DNA of 64,000 bases. It comes from Lysobacterales bacterium (GTDB taxonomy: Bacteria; Pseudomonadota; Gammaproteobacteria; Xanthomonadales; Marinicellaceae). The position numbers and the translations under genes were made by a program. Of this stretch, positions 46,567-59,525 are shown one piece after another (position 1 is the first letter of the stretch; every line of letters starts with the position of its first letter). A model generated the notes under the pieces. That model ran no database searches. It was given only the letters and a program-made list of their open reading frames with translations, and was not told the origin of the DNA. The DNA lies in contig JALSLV010000008.1 of the NCBI GenBank assembly GCA_026988115.1, forward strand, positions 2,924-66,923, read 5' to 3'.

Positions 46567-49464
46567 TTATTTTAGTGGTTTAATAACGAAACAGGCTCCA
46601 TTCAGTATATTATAATCTTTATCATTTGTTGCAAAAATATCGAACCCGCTCTCATTAAGACTCTGCTTTGCAAGATATAATCCAATACCTCTTCCATTAG
46701 GTCGATTTGAATAAAATATTTCAAATATTTTATTCAATTTATGTTCTTCTATTTTAAACCCTGAGTTACATATAACAATTTCATCACTTTTGTCATTATA
46801 ATCTAACAGAATATGGCGATCCTTTTTATTTCTCATCCAATAAATAGCATTGTTTATTATATTTATATAAACAGTATGTATAACAGGTTCTTTAATTATC
46901 AATATATGTTTATTGTATGCATGTGTTCCTTCAAGTCTTATATCATAGGACTTTATACGATTTTCAAAAAATTTATTCAAATAACTATATATTGCTAACC
47001 CACTTACTTTTTTAGGTATTACACCAGATATTCTATATAGAGGGGATAATAAGTCATACTTATCTTCTAATTGATTAAAATTTTGCTTTAGAAATTGAAA
47101 TTGAATTTCATTTTTTACATTATTCTCTAAACTTAATTTAGCTATTGAACTATTGATTTTTGCATATAACTGGTTAAATTCATGATCAATTATTTCAACT
47201 GCAATACCTAATTGAGCCGTCTCTCTAGTTTGTTCCCAATTGTATTTTATAGTTTCGTATTCTGCTCTATATGCTCCTTGGATTAGATCCTCATCAATGT
47301 CAAAACTTAATTTATTGAGGTGTTCTATCAGTGGTGAAATTTCCTTATTAATTTGTTCTCTAAGGAATTCAAACTTGAGTGCCAATTTTTCAGAATGAAG
47401 AAGAACATCTTCTTTAGAATAAATCGAACCGATAACACTGTCTTTATCAAAATTCAAATCATCTATAATTCTTCTTGTTCGAAATGAAAAATCTTTAGAA
47501 ATCTTGGCTGATTGATTTTTTAATTGTTCTCTGTTATCAGTTATTAGTTTTTCAAGAGCTCCATTGTATTTTTGATAACTTTTAACAAACTCCATTTTCA
47601 ATTCTTTGATTTCGAGTTTGCCTTTAACTTGAATCATTAATTGTTTACTTTTATTTTTTGTCGTTTCAATGAAACTCATAAGCTTAGTTTCATATTTATC
47701 TAACCGATCTAACTGTGCATCTGTTGGCTTGTATCTCTTTGGGATTTTAGGTATTAAATTTTGAAACTCTATATCTAATGTGTGTAATCGATCTAGTATA
47801 CTTTCAATTTCTGAATAAAGAACACTTTGAAAAGTTGTTTTATCTTCAAGCTTATTAAGTAGTTTTTGGTATTCATTCTTATATTTTTCTAGTTTGATTG
47901 GATACTCTTTTAAGGACCGAGTAAATGCTTTTTTCTCTTCAATCGCTCTCTTATTATCAAGTTTGATAACTTCATGTTGTTGTTTTAGGTTTGCTTTTTT
48001 GTCTAAGAAAATTGATTTGTTAGCTTCAGTTCCAAAATACTCTTGGGCTAGTTCAATAAAAAAAGATTCTAAATCATTTTTAAATTTTCTGTACGCGGAA
48101 TTATTTATTAAACCTTCACGACTTGATTTATCACTTAATTTTTCATTTATTTTTCTGGATAGAGAAATATATCCGAACATTCTTCTGTGTGAAAAGTATG
48201 AACTTGCTCTTAAAGCTCTTCTTTTTTCAAAGCCTAGAAAATCAAAGTCAGTTCTCCCATAAGGCAACACTCTGAAATTATCCCTATAAATATACAGCCC
48301 CCCATTTGCACTAACTTTATCACTAATCCTTTTCCAAGCACTTGATTCAAGTTTAGATTCTTTTTCTCGACCTTGTGAAACACCTACTTTTATCGGAAAA
48401 GATCCATAGTAACTTCGGATGTCTTTTTTTCTAGGGTTTGTATATGTATAATTAATTTCTTCATCATATATTCTTAAAGTACCATTAAAGGAGCCTTTTC
48501 CATCAAATATCCCTTCAATTACAACATCTGCCAGATCAAAGTCATCTGCAGAAAAAAATTGACCATAGGAAGTTAGAAAATCAACTTCTGAGTTAATATC
48601 TTTATATATTGGAATAGCTGTTTTAACAATAATATTATTTTTTATAAACTCATTTGTAAATCCTGAAAGACTAGATGCAATAAATTGCCTATCACTTAAG
48701 CCATCATCATCTTTTTTCGTAATATCTATTATTTGCTCAATAGGCTCAAAAATTATAAACTTCGTTCCATGATTGTTCTCAATGTCTATTAAGTCATCAA
48801 GTAAATTATCCTCCAAAAAACAAGGTAGTTTTGAATTACTAATGGAGGCCTCAATTTCAGACTTTAAACTTTTCTGGTTTTCTTCCCATATTGGTTTACC
48901 ATCGATGTCGTTTTCTTTTTTAAAATTATTTAAGAAGGTTTTTTTTAGAGTTTCAAATTTTTTAGGAAAATCAGATGCACTTTTAATTGATTCTACTGGA
49001 ATATCAACATCATCTAAAAATAAATTATAGTTTTCTAATAACCTCCAATCAAAAAACAAGGCTTCTAATTCGTGCCCCTGCTTTTTTGTGAGCATTAACA
49101 TAGGGTTTCCTAGAAACGCGACTGAAAGTCTTCCAATTCCTTTTTCACCTGACTTTATTCTAGGTTTTTTCCAAAGTGTTTCTTCACTTTCTTTTTCTTC
49201 AAGCTTAGGTCTACTTTTAGAATCTGTTCCAAGTACTAACCATTTTTCAATAATGTCTTTTCTTGACATTCCTTTACCATCATCTGTCATTACAAATAAT
49301 GGAGTATCAACACCTTCATAAGAATCTAAATAAATTTCTGCCGTCAGGTGATCAGCATAAGCATCATAACCATTTTTCCATAATTCCGTGATAGCAGTTG
49401 GCAAATCAGCAATTTGACCTTTGCCAAGTAAATCTACTGCTCTAGCTTTAGTCCTGAATTGCAT
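46567..49464 (-). CDS. 965-aa double-GHKL protein: N-terminal Bergerat ATPase, coiled-coil-like middle, C-terminal histidine-kinase-like DHp plus CA module
   Basis: N-terminal motifs: ELWKNGYDAY (E27, N31, D34), TDDGKGM and GEKGIGRLS. Residues about 485-730 are K/E/L/N-rich. C-terminal motifs: H-box-like IIDH761EFNQL, N-box INIINNAIYW, F-box IFEIFYS and G2 box GRGIGLYLAKQ. Confidence 0.75.
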   Translation of the reverse strand: MQFRTKARAVDLLGKGQIADLPTAITELWKNGYDAYADHLTAEIYLDSYEGVDTPLFVMTDDGKGMSRKDIIEKWLVLGTDSKSRPKLEEKESEETLWKKPRIKSGEKGIGRLSVAFLGNPMLMLTKKQGHELEALFFDWRLLENYNLFLDDVDIPVESIKSASDFPKKFETLKKTFLNNFKKENDIDGKPIWEENQKSLKSEIEASISNSKLPCFLEDNLLDDLIDIENNHGTKFIIFEPIEQIIDITKKDDDGLSDRQFIASSLSGFTNEFIKNNIIVKTAIPIYKDINSEVDFLTSYGQFFSADDFDLADVVIEGIFDGKGSFNGTLRIYDEEINYTYTNPRKKDIRSYYGSFPIKVGVSQGREKESKLESSAWKRISDKVSANGGLYIYRDNFRVLPYGRTDFDFLGFEKRRALRASSYFSHRRMFGYISLSRKINEKLSDKSSREGLINNSAYRKFKNDLESFFIELAQEYFGTEANKSIFLDKKANLKQQHEVIKLDNKRAIEEKKAFTRSLKEYPIKLEKYKNEYQKLLNKLEDKTTFQSVLYSEIESILDRLHTLDIEFQNLIPKIPKRYKPTDAQLDRLDKYETKLMSFIETTKNKSKQLMIQVKGKLEIKELKMEFVKSYQKYNGALEKLITDNREQLKNQSAKISKDFSFRTRRIIDDLNFDKDSVIGSIYSKEDVLLHSEKLALKFEFLREQINKEISPLIEHLNKLSFDIDEDLIQGAYRAEYETIKYNWEQTRETAQLGIAVEIIDHEFNQLYAKINSSIAKLSLENNVKNEIQFQFLKQNFNQLEDKYDLLSPLYRISGVIPKKVSGLAIYSYLNKFFENRIKSYDIRLEGTHAYNKHILIIKEPVIHTVYINIINNAIYWMRNKKDRHILLDYNDKSDEIVICNSGFKIEEHKLNKIFEIFYSNRPNGRGIGLYLAKQSLNESGFDIFATNDKDYNILNGACFVIKPLK

Positions 49465-50539
49465 TGTAGTTTTCTATAATTGCTTGCCCAACTCTTTTTG
49501 CATATTCAGGAGGTACTGCATTACCTATTAATCTAGCAATATCTCCCATGCTTGTTCCTGAGAATCTATAATCCTTTGGGAATGTTTGTAATGTGGCACC
49601 CTCTCTTATTGAAAGCGCTCTGTTTTCTTGTGGGTGAACGAAGCGGCCATTAGATACACTAAAAAATTTCGTTGTAATTGTTGGAGCTGCTTTATCCCAC
49701 CACAGCCTACCAAATGTGTCTTTAAAGGAATTATCTTTACCAATAAAACAGTTTAATTGTAGTTCTGGATCATCTTTAAAACCTGATCTGTCACCACCAT
49801 CCTTTTTAACTTTTTTTAGTCGCCTTAAAGTTAGGTTTGTAATATTTGGAACAGAATGCATGAAATCTGTTTTATCAGAGTAGCCAGCTTTGATTCTTTT
49901 AAATCCATTTACAATACCAATCGTGTCACGAACAGTATATTTCTTAATTGCTTTTATTGGTTCTAATTCTTCTTTAGTTACTCTGTTGGCAATAAGCGTA
50001 AATCTTTTGCGATTTTGTGGCACTCCATAATCTGCTGTATTATGAACATCAAAATGTACTTTGTATTTATTTTTTATTAACCAAGATATAAAAGAAGCCA
50101 AACCACTTTCCCTTTTTTTGCGCAGTACACCTGGTACATTTTCTACGACAACATAGCCGGGGTTAAAGTACCTAACAAATCTTTCAAATTCTTTAAGTAA
50201 ATTTTTAGATTTTTTTGCTTTGGTTTTATCTGTATTTATAATGCTCCAAAATTGACAAGGGCTACAGCCAATTAATAACAATTCATCGTCATTCCTTTGA
50301 ATATCTAATGTTGACTCTAAGTCTTTTGCTTTTAAGTTAAATACATCTGCTTCAATAAACTTAGCTCCTGTTATATTGGCTTCATAAGTTTGTTTGCATT
50401 TTTTTTCGTTATCTATACCTGCTAAAACTTTTATACCTGCTTGTTGCATACCACAACTCATTCCGCCTCCACCACAGAAAAAATCCACTGCTTTAATTTT
50501 TGGTTTGTCGTTTGATTTTTTATTTATATTGTTAATCAT
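49448..50539 (-). CDS. DNA (cytosine-5) methyltransferase (Dcm family), first gene of the operon
   Basis: 363 aa with motifs I DFFCGGGGM, IV GCSPCQFWS, VI ENVPGV, VIII QNRKRF and X GNAVPP. Its 3' end overlaps the next gene's start by 17 nt. Confidence 0.9.
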   Translation of the reverse strand: MINNINKKSNDKPKIKAVDFFCGGGGMSCGMQQAGIKVLAGIDNEKKCKQTYEANITGAKFIEADVFNLKAKDLESTLDIQRNDDELLLIGCSPCQFWSIINTDKTKAKKSKNLLKEFERFVRYFNPGYVVVENVPGVLRKKRESGLASFISWLIKNKYKVHFDVHNTADYGVPQNRKRFTLIANRVTKEELEPIKAIKKYTVRDTIGIVNGFKRIKAGYSDKTDFMHSVPNITNLTLRRLKKVKKDGGDRSGFKDDPELQLNCFIGKDNSFKDTFGRLWWDKAAPTITTKFFSVSNGRFVHPQENRALSIREGATLQTFPKDYRFSGTSMGDIARLIGNAVPPEYAKRVGQAIIENYNAIQD

Positions 50540-50883
50540 AAATTGTCAGATGTGGTATTTGATAAATTTAAATATTAAGTTGTGCATAAATCCTTTTAAA
50601 ATATTAACACATAAATACAAATTTATTAAACAATATCTTTGATACTCATACCTTATTAATCATAAAGGGCTTTTTTACCCTTACCGATTTTAACTTTTTG
50701 ATGTGTTTTTCTAAAGCTTGAATTTGGTAGTGTTTATTGTTTTTACACCTTGTTGTTTGTTAATTCAAAGGATTTATATTTGCGCATGAATTTGGATTTT
50801 GTTTTATTGTTTCGTTATTCTGTCATTCCGAGAACTTTCTGACTCTGATGGTGGGCGAAGCCACACCTTACGGGTAATTCCTG

Positions 50884-52062
50884 TTACTGGTTTAGCATTT
50901 GCAATAATTCAAACAGACTGATGACATCAGTTTCCGCATCCAGTGGATATCTGTCATTACCGCCATAGACGACAAAACTTTCATCCGGTTTAATATCATC
51001 TAGTGCGTGATAAAAGCCTTTTGTGACTTTTGGCGCTAGTCCACTTTTGATTTCTATTGCCCAAATTTTGTTGTTTGGGAATTCTAAGATTAAATCTATT
51101 TCAGCTCCTGCTGCGGTTCGGTAAAAGCTTGCTTTTGTTGCTGGTTTTGTAAGGCTTAGAATATTTTCTATAACATAGCCTTCCCAACTTGATCCGTAAA
51201 CTGGGTGACCTGATAATTGGTTGTAATCTGCTATTCCGAGTAAGGCATGAGTAATACCACTGTCGCGGACATATATACGTGGTGATTTAACAAGTCTTTT
51301 TTTGGTGTTTACATAGAGTGGTTGAAACTTTCGCACCAGTAATAAATCAACTAATAAATCGATATAACTACTAATCGTGGGTGCTGATGTTGATAAACTA
51401 CTGGCTAAATTTGAGGCATTGAGTAATTGTCCTTGGTTATGTGCGAGCATTGTCCATAGGCGTTGTAATGTTTCTGCTGGGATACGTGGGCCAAACTGCG
51501 GCACATCTCGTTCTAGATAGGTTCTTATAAAGTTTGTTCGGTAGGCGAAACTGTCTTCATCATTTTTGGCAAGATAACTATCTGGAAATCCACCCCGTAT
51601 CCAAAGATTATGCTCAATTATATCTTGTTGTTTTTTATTGTTATGAATCTCTAATAAATTTAATGGGTTCATGTCTATGTATTCAATACGCCCGGCTAGT
51701 GTTTCTCCTGATTGTTTTAACAAATCTATTGATGCTGATCCAAGTATCAAAAATCGGTTTGTTTTTAAACCGTTTCTTCTGCCTGTATCAATAACGCCTC
51801 TTAGTACCTGAAAGATTTCTGGCATACGGTGTATTTCATCTAAAATAATCAGTTTTTCTTCATTTCTATTAAAGAATAAAACAGGGTCTGTTAGTTTTTC
51901 ACGGTCTTGTATTGCTTCTAAATCCAAATAAATAGCAGGGATGGTTTGTGCGACTTGGTGAGCCAGCGTTGTTTTACCAACTTGGCGTGGACCAATCAAG
52001 GCAACAGCTGCTTGTCTATTGAGTGCTTTATGGACTTTTTTGATGATATTTCGCTTAAACAT
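50884..52062 (-). CDS. AAA+ ATPase with DUF4143-type C-terminal domain
   Basis: 392 aa with Walker A GPRQVGKTT and Walker B LIILDEIH. The overall layout matches the widespread AAA_14/DUF4143 family (from memory). Confidence 0.75.
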   Translation of the reverse strand: MFKRNIIKKVHKALNRQAAVALIGPRQVGKTTLAHQVAQTIPAIYLDLEAIQDREKLTDPVLFFNRNEEKLIILDEIHRMPEIFQVLRGVIDTGRRNGLKTNRFLILGSASIDLLKQSGETLAGRIEYIDMNPLNLLEIHNNKKQQDIIEHNLWIRGGFPDSYLAKNDEDSFAYRTNFIRTYLERDVPQFGPRIPAETLQRLWTMLAHNQGQLLNASNLASSLSTSAPTISSYIDLLVDLLLVRKFQPLYVNTKKRLVKSPRIYVRDSGITHALLGIADYNQLSGHPVYGSSWEGYVIENILSLTKPATKASFYRTAAGAEIDLILEFPNNKIWAIEIKSGLAPKVTKGFYHALDDIKPDESFVVYGGNDRYPLDAETDVISLFELLQMLNQ

Positions 52063-52101
52063 CCTTGCATATTAAAATATTGGTTTTCAATATGCAAGGA
52101 T
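52061..52101. promoter_or_regulatory. perfect 13-bp inverted repeat overlapping the AAA+ gene SD and start codon
   Basis: ATCCTTGCATATT-N15-AATATGCAAGGAT. In the minus-strand mRNA the 3' arm would contain AAGGAUG, which is the SD-like sequence plus the start codon. Confidence 0.45.
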
Positions 52102-52317
52102 AAATAATATGTTTTGTTATTATTATCTTTTTTATTGTTGATGATAGGAAGGCAAATTTTATGGAAATTATGTTTTAAATGTCTCTGTGATTAACGGTAT
52201 AAAAGGGTCACAAGCTGGTGACCCACTACGGTAATCTCATTATTTATCTTTGTGTTGTTTGCGCCTTCTTTGCGAGCTTTGCGTTACGCTTTTATTATTT
52301 TATTTAATATCACACAT

Positions 52318-52346
52318 AAAAAAAGCCAATGATAAATTGGCTTTTT
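52318..52346 (-). terminator. rho-independent (bidirectional-looking) terminator after atpC
   Basis: AAAAAAAGCCAAT-gataa-ATTGGCTTTTT lies 25 nt downstream of the atpC stop. An A-run and a T-run flank a 7-bp stem. Confidence 0.7.
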
Positions 52347-52370
52347 AATGTTTTGAATTGTGATAAGTGC

Positions 52371-52793
52371 TTATCTTTTCAAATTCTTTTTCAAACGTGC
52401 CAGTGCGTGTAGCTGGGCTACGGCTTTGGATAGTTCGGCTTGGACTTGAGCTATGTCTTGGCGTTTGTCGGAGTCTTTGAGCAGTCTTTCGGCTTCTTCT
52501 TTGGCTTGAATGGCTGCGGCTTCGTCAATGTCTTCGGCGCGCGTTGCGGTATCGGCAAGGACTGATACAAGATAGGGTTGAACTTCTAGGATGCCACCCG
52601 AAACATAGTAGTTTTGGTGAGAACCATCTTTTAGCTCAACGCGAACTTCACCTGGCTTTAATAAAGTGATTAGCGGTGCGTGTCTTGGGGCGATACCCAA
52701 TTCGCCGGCTATTCCTGTGGCAAATACCATTGCCACTTCACCTGAGAATATCTCAGTTTCGGCACTTACGATGTCACATTGTATTGAACTCAT
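52371..52793 (-). CDS. atpC: F0F1 ATP synthase subunit epsilon
   Basis: 140 aa, last gene of the atp operon, with the typical N-terminus (DIVSAE..IFSGEV). Confidence 0.9.
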   Translation of the reverse strand: MSSIQCDIVSAETEIFSGEVAMVFATGIAGELGIAPRHAPLITLLKPGEVRVELKDGSHQNYYVSGGILEVQPYLVSVLADTATRAEDIDEAAAIQAKEEAERLLKDSDKRQDIAQVQAELSKAVAQLHALARLKKNLKR

Positions 52794-52816
52794 ATTATTC
52801 TCCGCAAATAAGCTGT

Positions 52817-55091
<2,275 letters not shown>

Positions 55092-55111
55092 AATATTCTC
55101 TAATTAACTGT

Positions 55112-56659
55112 TTAGTATGAACCTGTTTTTTTGAAGGCTTCGATTCCTGACTTAATTGATGCTTCGATTTCATCATTGTAAGAACCCGTTTCACTTAACT
55201 CATTCATGAATGATTCGTTTTCACTGTTCATGTATTCAAGTAAGCCTTTTTCAAAATCACCAATTTTATTAATAGCAACATCATCCATATAGCCTTTATC
55301 AACCGCATATAATGTCACTGCCATTTCAGCTACACTCATGGGTGAGTACTGGTTTTGTTTCATTAATTCGGTTACTTTCTGTCCACGTTCTAATTGCTTA
55401 CGGGTAATTTCATCCAAGTCTGAGGCAAATTGAGCAAAAGCCGCTAGTTCACGGTATTGAGCCAGTGCCAAACGAACACCGCCACCGAGTTTCTTAATGA
55501 CTTTAGTTTGTGCCGCTCCACCTACACGTGACACAGATAAACCTGCATTAATCGCTGGACGAATACCAGCATTAAATAAATCGGTTTCTAAGAAGATTTG
55601 ACCATCGGTAATTGAAATCACGTTGGTTGGTACAAAAGCCGATACGTCACCTGCTTGGGTTTCAATAATCGGTAAAGCGGTAAGTGAACCAGTTTTACCT
55701 TTGACTTCTCCTTTGGTAAACTCTTCAACATAATCGGCATTAACGCGAGATGCACGTTCTAATAAACGTGAATGCAGATAGAAAACATCACCAGGATAAG
55801 CTTCACGACCTGGAGGACGTTTCAATAATAATGATACTTGACGGTAAGCCCATGCTTGCTTAGTTAAATCATCATAAACGATAAGAGCATCTTCGCCGCG
55901 ATCACGGAAATATTCACCCATGGCACAACCGGCATAAGGTGCCATGTATTGCATCGCTGCTGAATCAGAGGCTGTAGCTGCCACAATAATGGTGTGCTCC
56001 ATTGCGCCAAACTCTTCTAATTTACGTACAATTGCCGTAACAGAAGAACGTTTTTGACCAATAGCCACATAGATACAAGTCACGCCTTTGCCTTTTTGAT
56101 TGATAATGGCATCAATTGCAACGGCGGTTTTACCTGTTTGTCTGTCGCCAATGATTAATTCACGTTGACCACGTCCAACTGGAACCATGGCATCAATTGA
56201 TTTTAGTCCAGTTTGTACGGGTTGATCAACAGATTGACGTTCAATTACACCAGGTGCTATGCGTTCAACTGGAGACATTAATTTTGCGTCAATTGGACCG
56301 TTTCCATCAATTGGAACCCCCAAAGCATCAACCACACGTCCAACCATTTCTGGTCCAACAGGTACTTCTAAAATTTTACCAGTACATTTGGCTTTATCGC
56401 CTTCTGAAATGTTTGTGTAATCACCCATGATGACCACACCAACTGAATCACGTTCGAGATTTAATGCAAGAGCATAGGTGTTGTTAGGTAATTCAATCAT
56501 TTCACCTTGCATAACATCAGCAAGGCCATGAATGCGAGCAATACCATCAGAGACAGATACCACTGTTCCTTCTGTTCTTGCTTCTGATTGTACTTTGAAA
56601 TTCTTTATGCGTTCTTTGATAAGTTCGCTAATTTCTGATGGATTCAATGTCGTTTGCAT
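55112..56659 (-). CDS. atpA: F0F1 ATP synthase subunit alpha
   Basis: The ORF extends to 56677, but I prefer the ATG at 56659 ([15 protein letters not shown]), which has AAGAGGA upstream. Walker A is GDRQTGKT. Confidence 0.95.
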   Translation of the reverse strand: MQTTLNPSEISELIKERIKNFKVQSEARTEGTVVSVSDGIARIHGLADVMQGEMIELPNNTYALALNLERDSVGVVIMGDYTNISEGDKAKCTGKILEVPVGPEMVGRVVDALGVPIDGNGPIDAKLMSPVERIAPGVIERQSVDQPVQTGLKSIDAMVPVGRGQRELIIGDRQTGKTAVAIDAIINQKGKGVTCIYVAIGQKRSSVTAIVRKLEEFGAMEHTIIVAATASDSAAMQYMAPYAGCAMGEYFRDRGEDALIVYDDLTKQAWAYRQVSLLLKRPPGREAYPGDVFYLHSRLLERASRVNADYVEEFTKGEVKGKTGSLTALPIIETQAGDVSAFVPTNVISITDGQIFLETDLFNAGIRPAINAGLSVSRVGGAAQTKVIKKLGGGVRLALAQYRELAAFAQFASDLDEITRKQLERGQKVTELMKQNQYSPMSVAEMAVTLYAVDKGYMDDVAINKIGDFEKGLLEYMNSENESFMNELSETGSYNDEIEASIKSGIEAFKKTGSY

Positions 56660-56735
56660 TGCGAGTCCTCTTTCCAATTAGTGAGTTATATTTTTATAAC
56701 TCGTTATTTATTTATAGAATACGTTAAACTATTTA

Positions 56736-57263
56736 TTAGTTTAGCAATTCTGTTTTTAATTTTTCTAGTTTAGCCTTTAATGAACCATCAATAACTAAAT
56801 CACCTGCCACAATACGAGCACCACTTAAAAGCGATTCATCCGTGTGTTGGGTAAGATTAACTGTTTTGCCTGTTCTTTTTGATAAAGAGGCAGCAATTTT
56901 ATCCAGTTGTTGTTGATTTAATTCCTCTGCGCTATAAACATCGGCACTTAATGCCTTGGCATCCTGCTCACTGATGTACTTAAAAACATCAACAACAGCA
57001 GGCAATAAAGCCAAACGGTCATTATCAGCCATCAATTGTATAAAGTTTTTATAGCCTTCATCAGCATCAGCACCTGACAACATCTCAACTAATTGTTTGT
57101 TGTCTTTGTCTGGAGCCGAAAAAGATTGGGCTACTTCACTAAGGCTTGCAAGTCCCGCAGACACGGTTAATTGTTGCATCCACGAATCAACCAAGCCAGC
57201 CTCTTTGGCAAAATCGAAAGCCGCTTTTGCATAAGGTCTTGCTAAGGTTACATATTCAGCCAT
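56736..57263 (-). CDS. atpH: F0F1 ATP synthase subunit delta
   Basis: 175 aa with the OSCP-like N-terminus LARPYAKAAFDFA. Assignment also rests on operon position. Confidence 0.9.
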   Translation of the reverse strand: MAEYVTLARPYAKAAFDFAKEAGLVDSWMQQLTVSAGLASLSEVAQSFSAPDKDNKQLVEMLSGADADEGYKNFIQLMADNDRLALLPAVVDVFKYISEQDAKALSADVYSAEELNQQQLDKIAASLSKRTGKTVNLTQHTDESLLSGARIVAGDLVIDGSLKAKLEKLKTELLN

Positions 57264-57265
57264 AA

Positions 57266-57736
57266 TTAAATCTCTTTAACTAAGTCATCAAGCAAGTCCG
57301 CATGAACTTTAGAATCAACTTCTTTGTTCAACAATTTCTCTGCACCAGCCAAGGCTAGTGTAGAGACTTGTTTGCGTAAATCTTCTTTTGCGCGATTGGC
57401 TTCTTGTTCAATTTCAGCAACTGCTGCTGCCATTTGACGTTCTTTTTCAGCAATTGCATCTGCTTTTGCTTGATCCTTAATCTTGGTAGCCATTTTATTG
57501 GCACCTTCGCGTACTTCACCGGCATCGGTGCGTGCTTCGTTAAGGATTTCTTCAGCTTCTGCCTGTGCTTTTTTCAAAGCAATTTCGGCTTCATCTGAGG
57601 CAGCAAGACCATCAGCGATTTGTTTTTCACGTTCTTCCATTGCACCCAATATTACAGGCCAGATGTATTTCATGGTGATTAAAACAACCACTAAAAATAC
57701 AAGCATTTGGATTATAAGTGTGAAATTAATACTCAT
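57266..57736 (-). CDS. atpF: F0F1 ATP synthase subunit b
   Basis: 156 aa with a single N-terminal TM helix followed by a charged A/E/K-rich helix. Confidence 0.9.
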   Translation of the reverse strand: MSINFTLIIQMLVFLVVVLITMKYIWPVILGAMEEREKQIADGLAASDEAEIALKKAQAEAEEILNEARTDAGEVREGANKMATKIKDQAKADAIAEKERQMAAAVAEIEQEANRAKEDLRKQVSTLALAGAEKLLNKEVDSKVHADLLDDLVKEI

Positions 57737-57788
57737 TGCGATACTCTCCTAGGTTAAAATTATTATTAAATTAAATTTAATGATAATT

Positions 57789-58082
<294 letters not shown>

Positions 58083-58137
58083 TTATGTTGTTTTTGACGT
58101 AAATTTTAAAAAATAAAACTGTTATATAAATTGTTTA

Positions 58138-59378
<1,241 letters not shown>

Positions 59379-59525
59379 ATTTTTTTGCTTATATCCTTAA
59401 TCGCCAACTCTAAAAAGCGCTTAAAAACTAATTAGCCATACTAAAAGCCGGTGCATTATATAGGGTTCATATTCATTAAGCAACATTAGCAGTTAATAAT
59501 ATACCCTTTTTTTGAATTGTTTGAA

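Noticed and set aside
50850-52238. Possibility that the hairpins flanking the AAA+ gene are integron attC sites
   Set aside because: No intI gene or attI is nearby. The hairpins are short and lack the R''/L''-L'/R' architecture with GTTRRRY ends. The similarity between the two is limited to about 12 nt.
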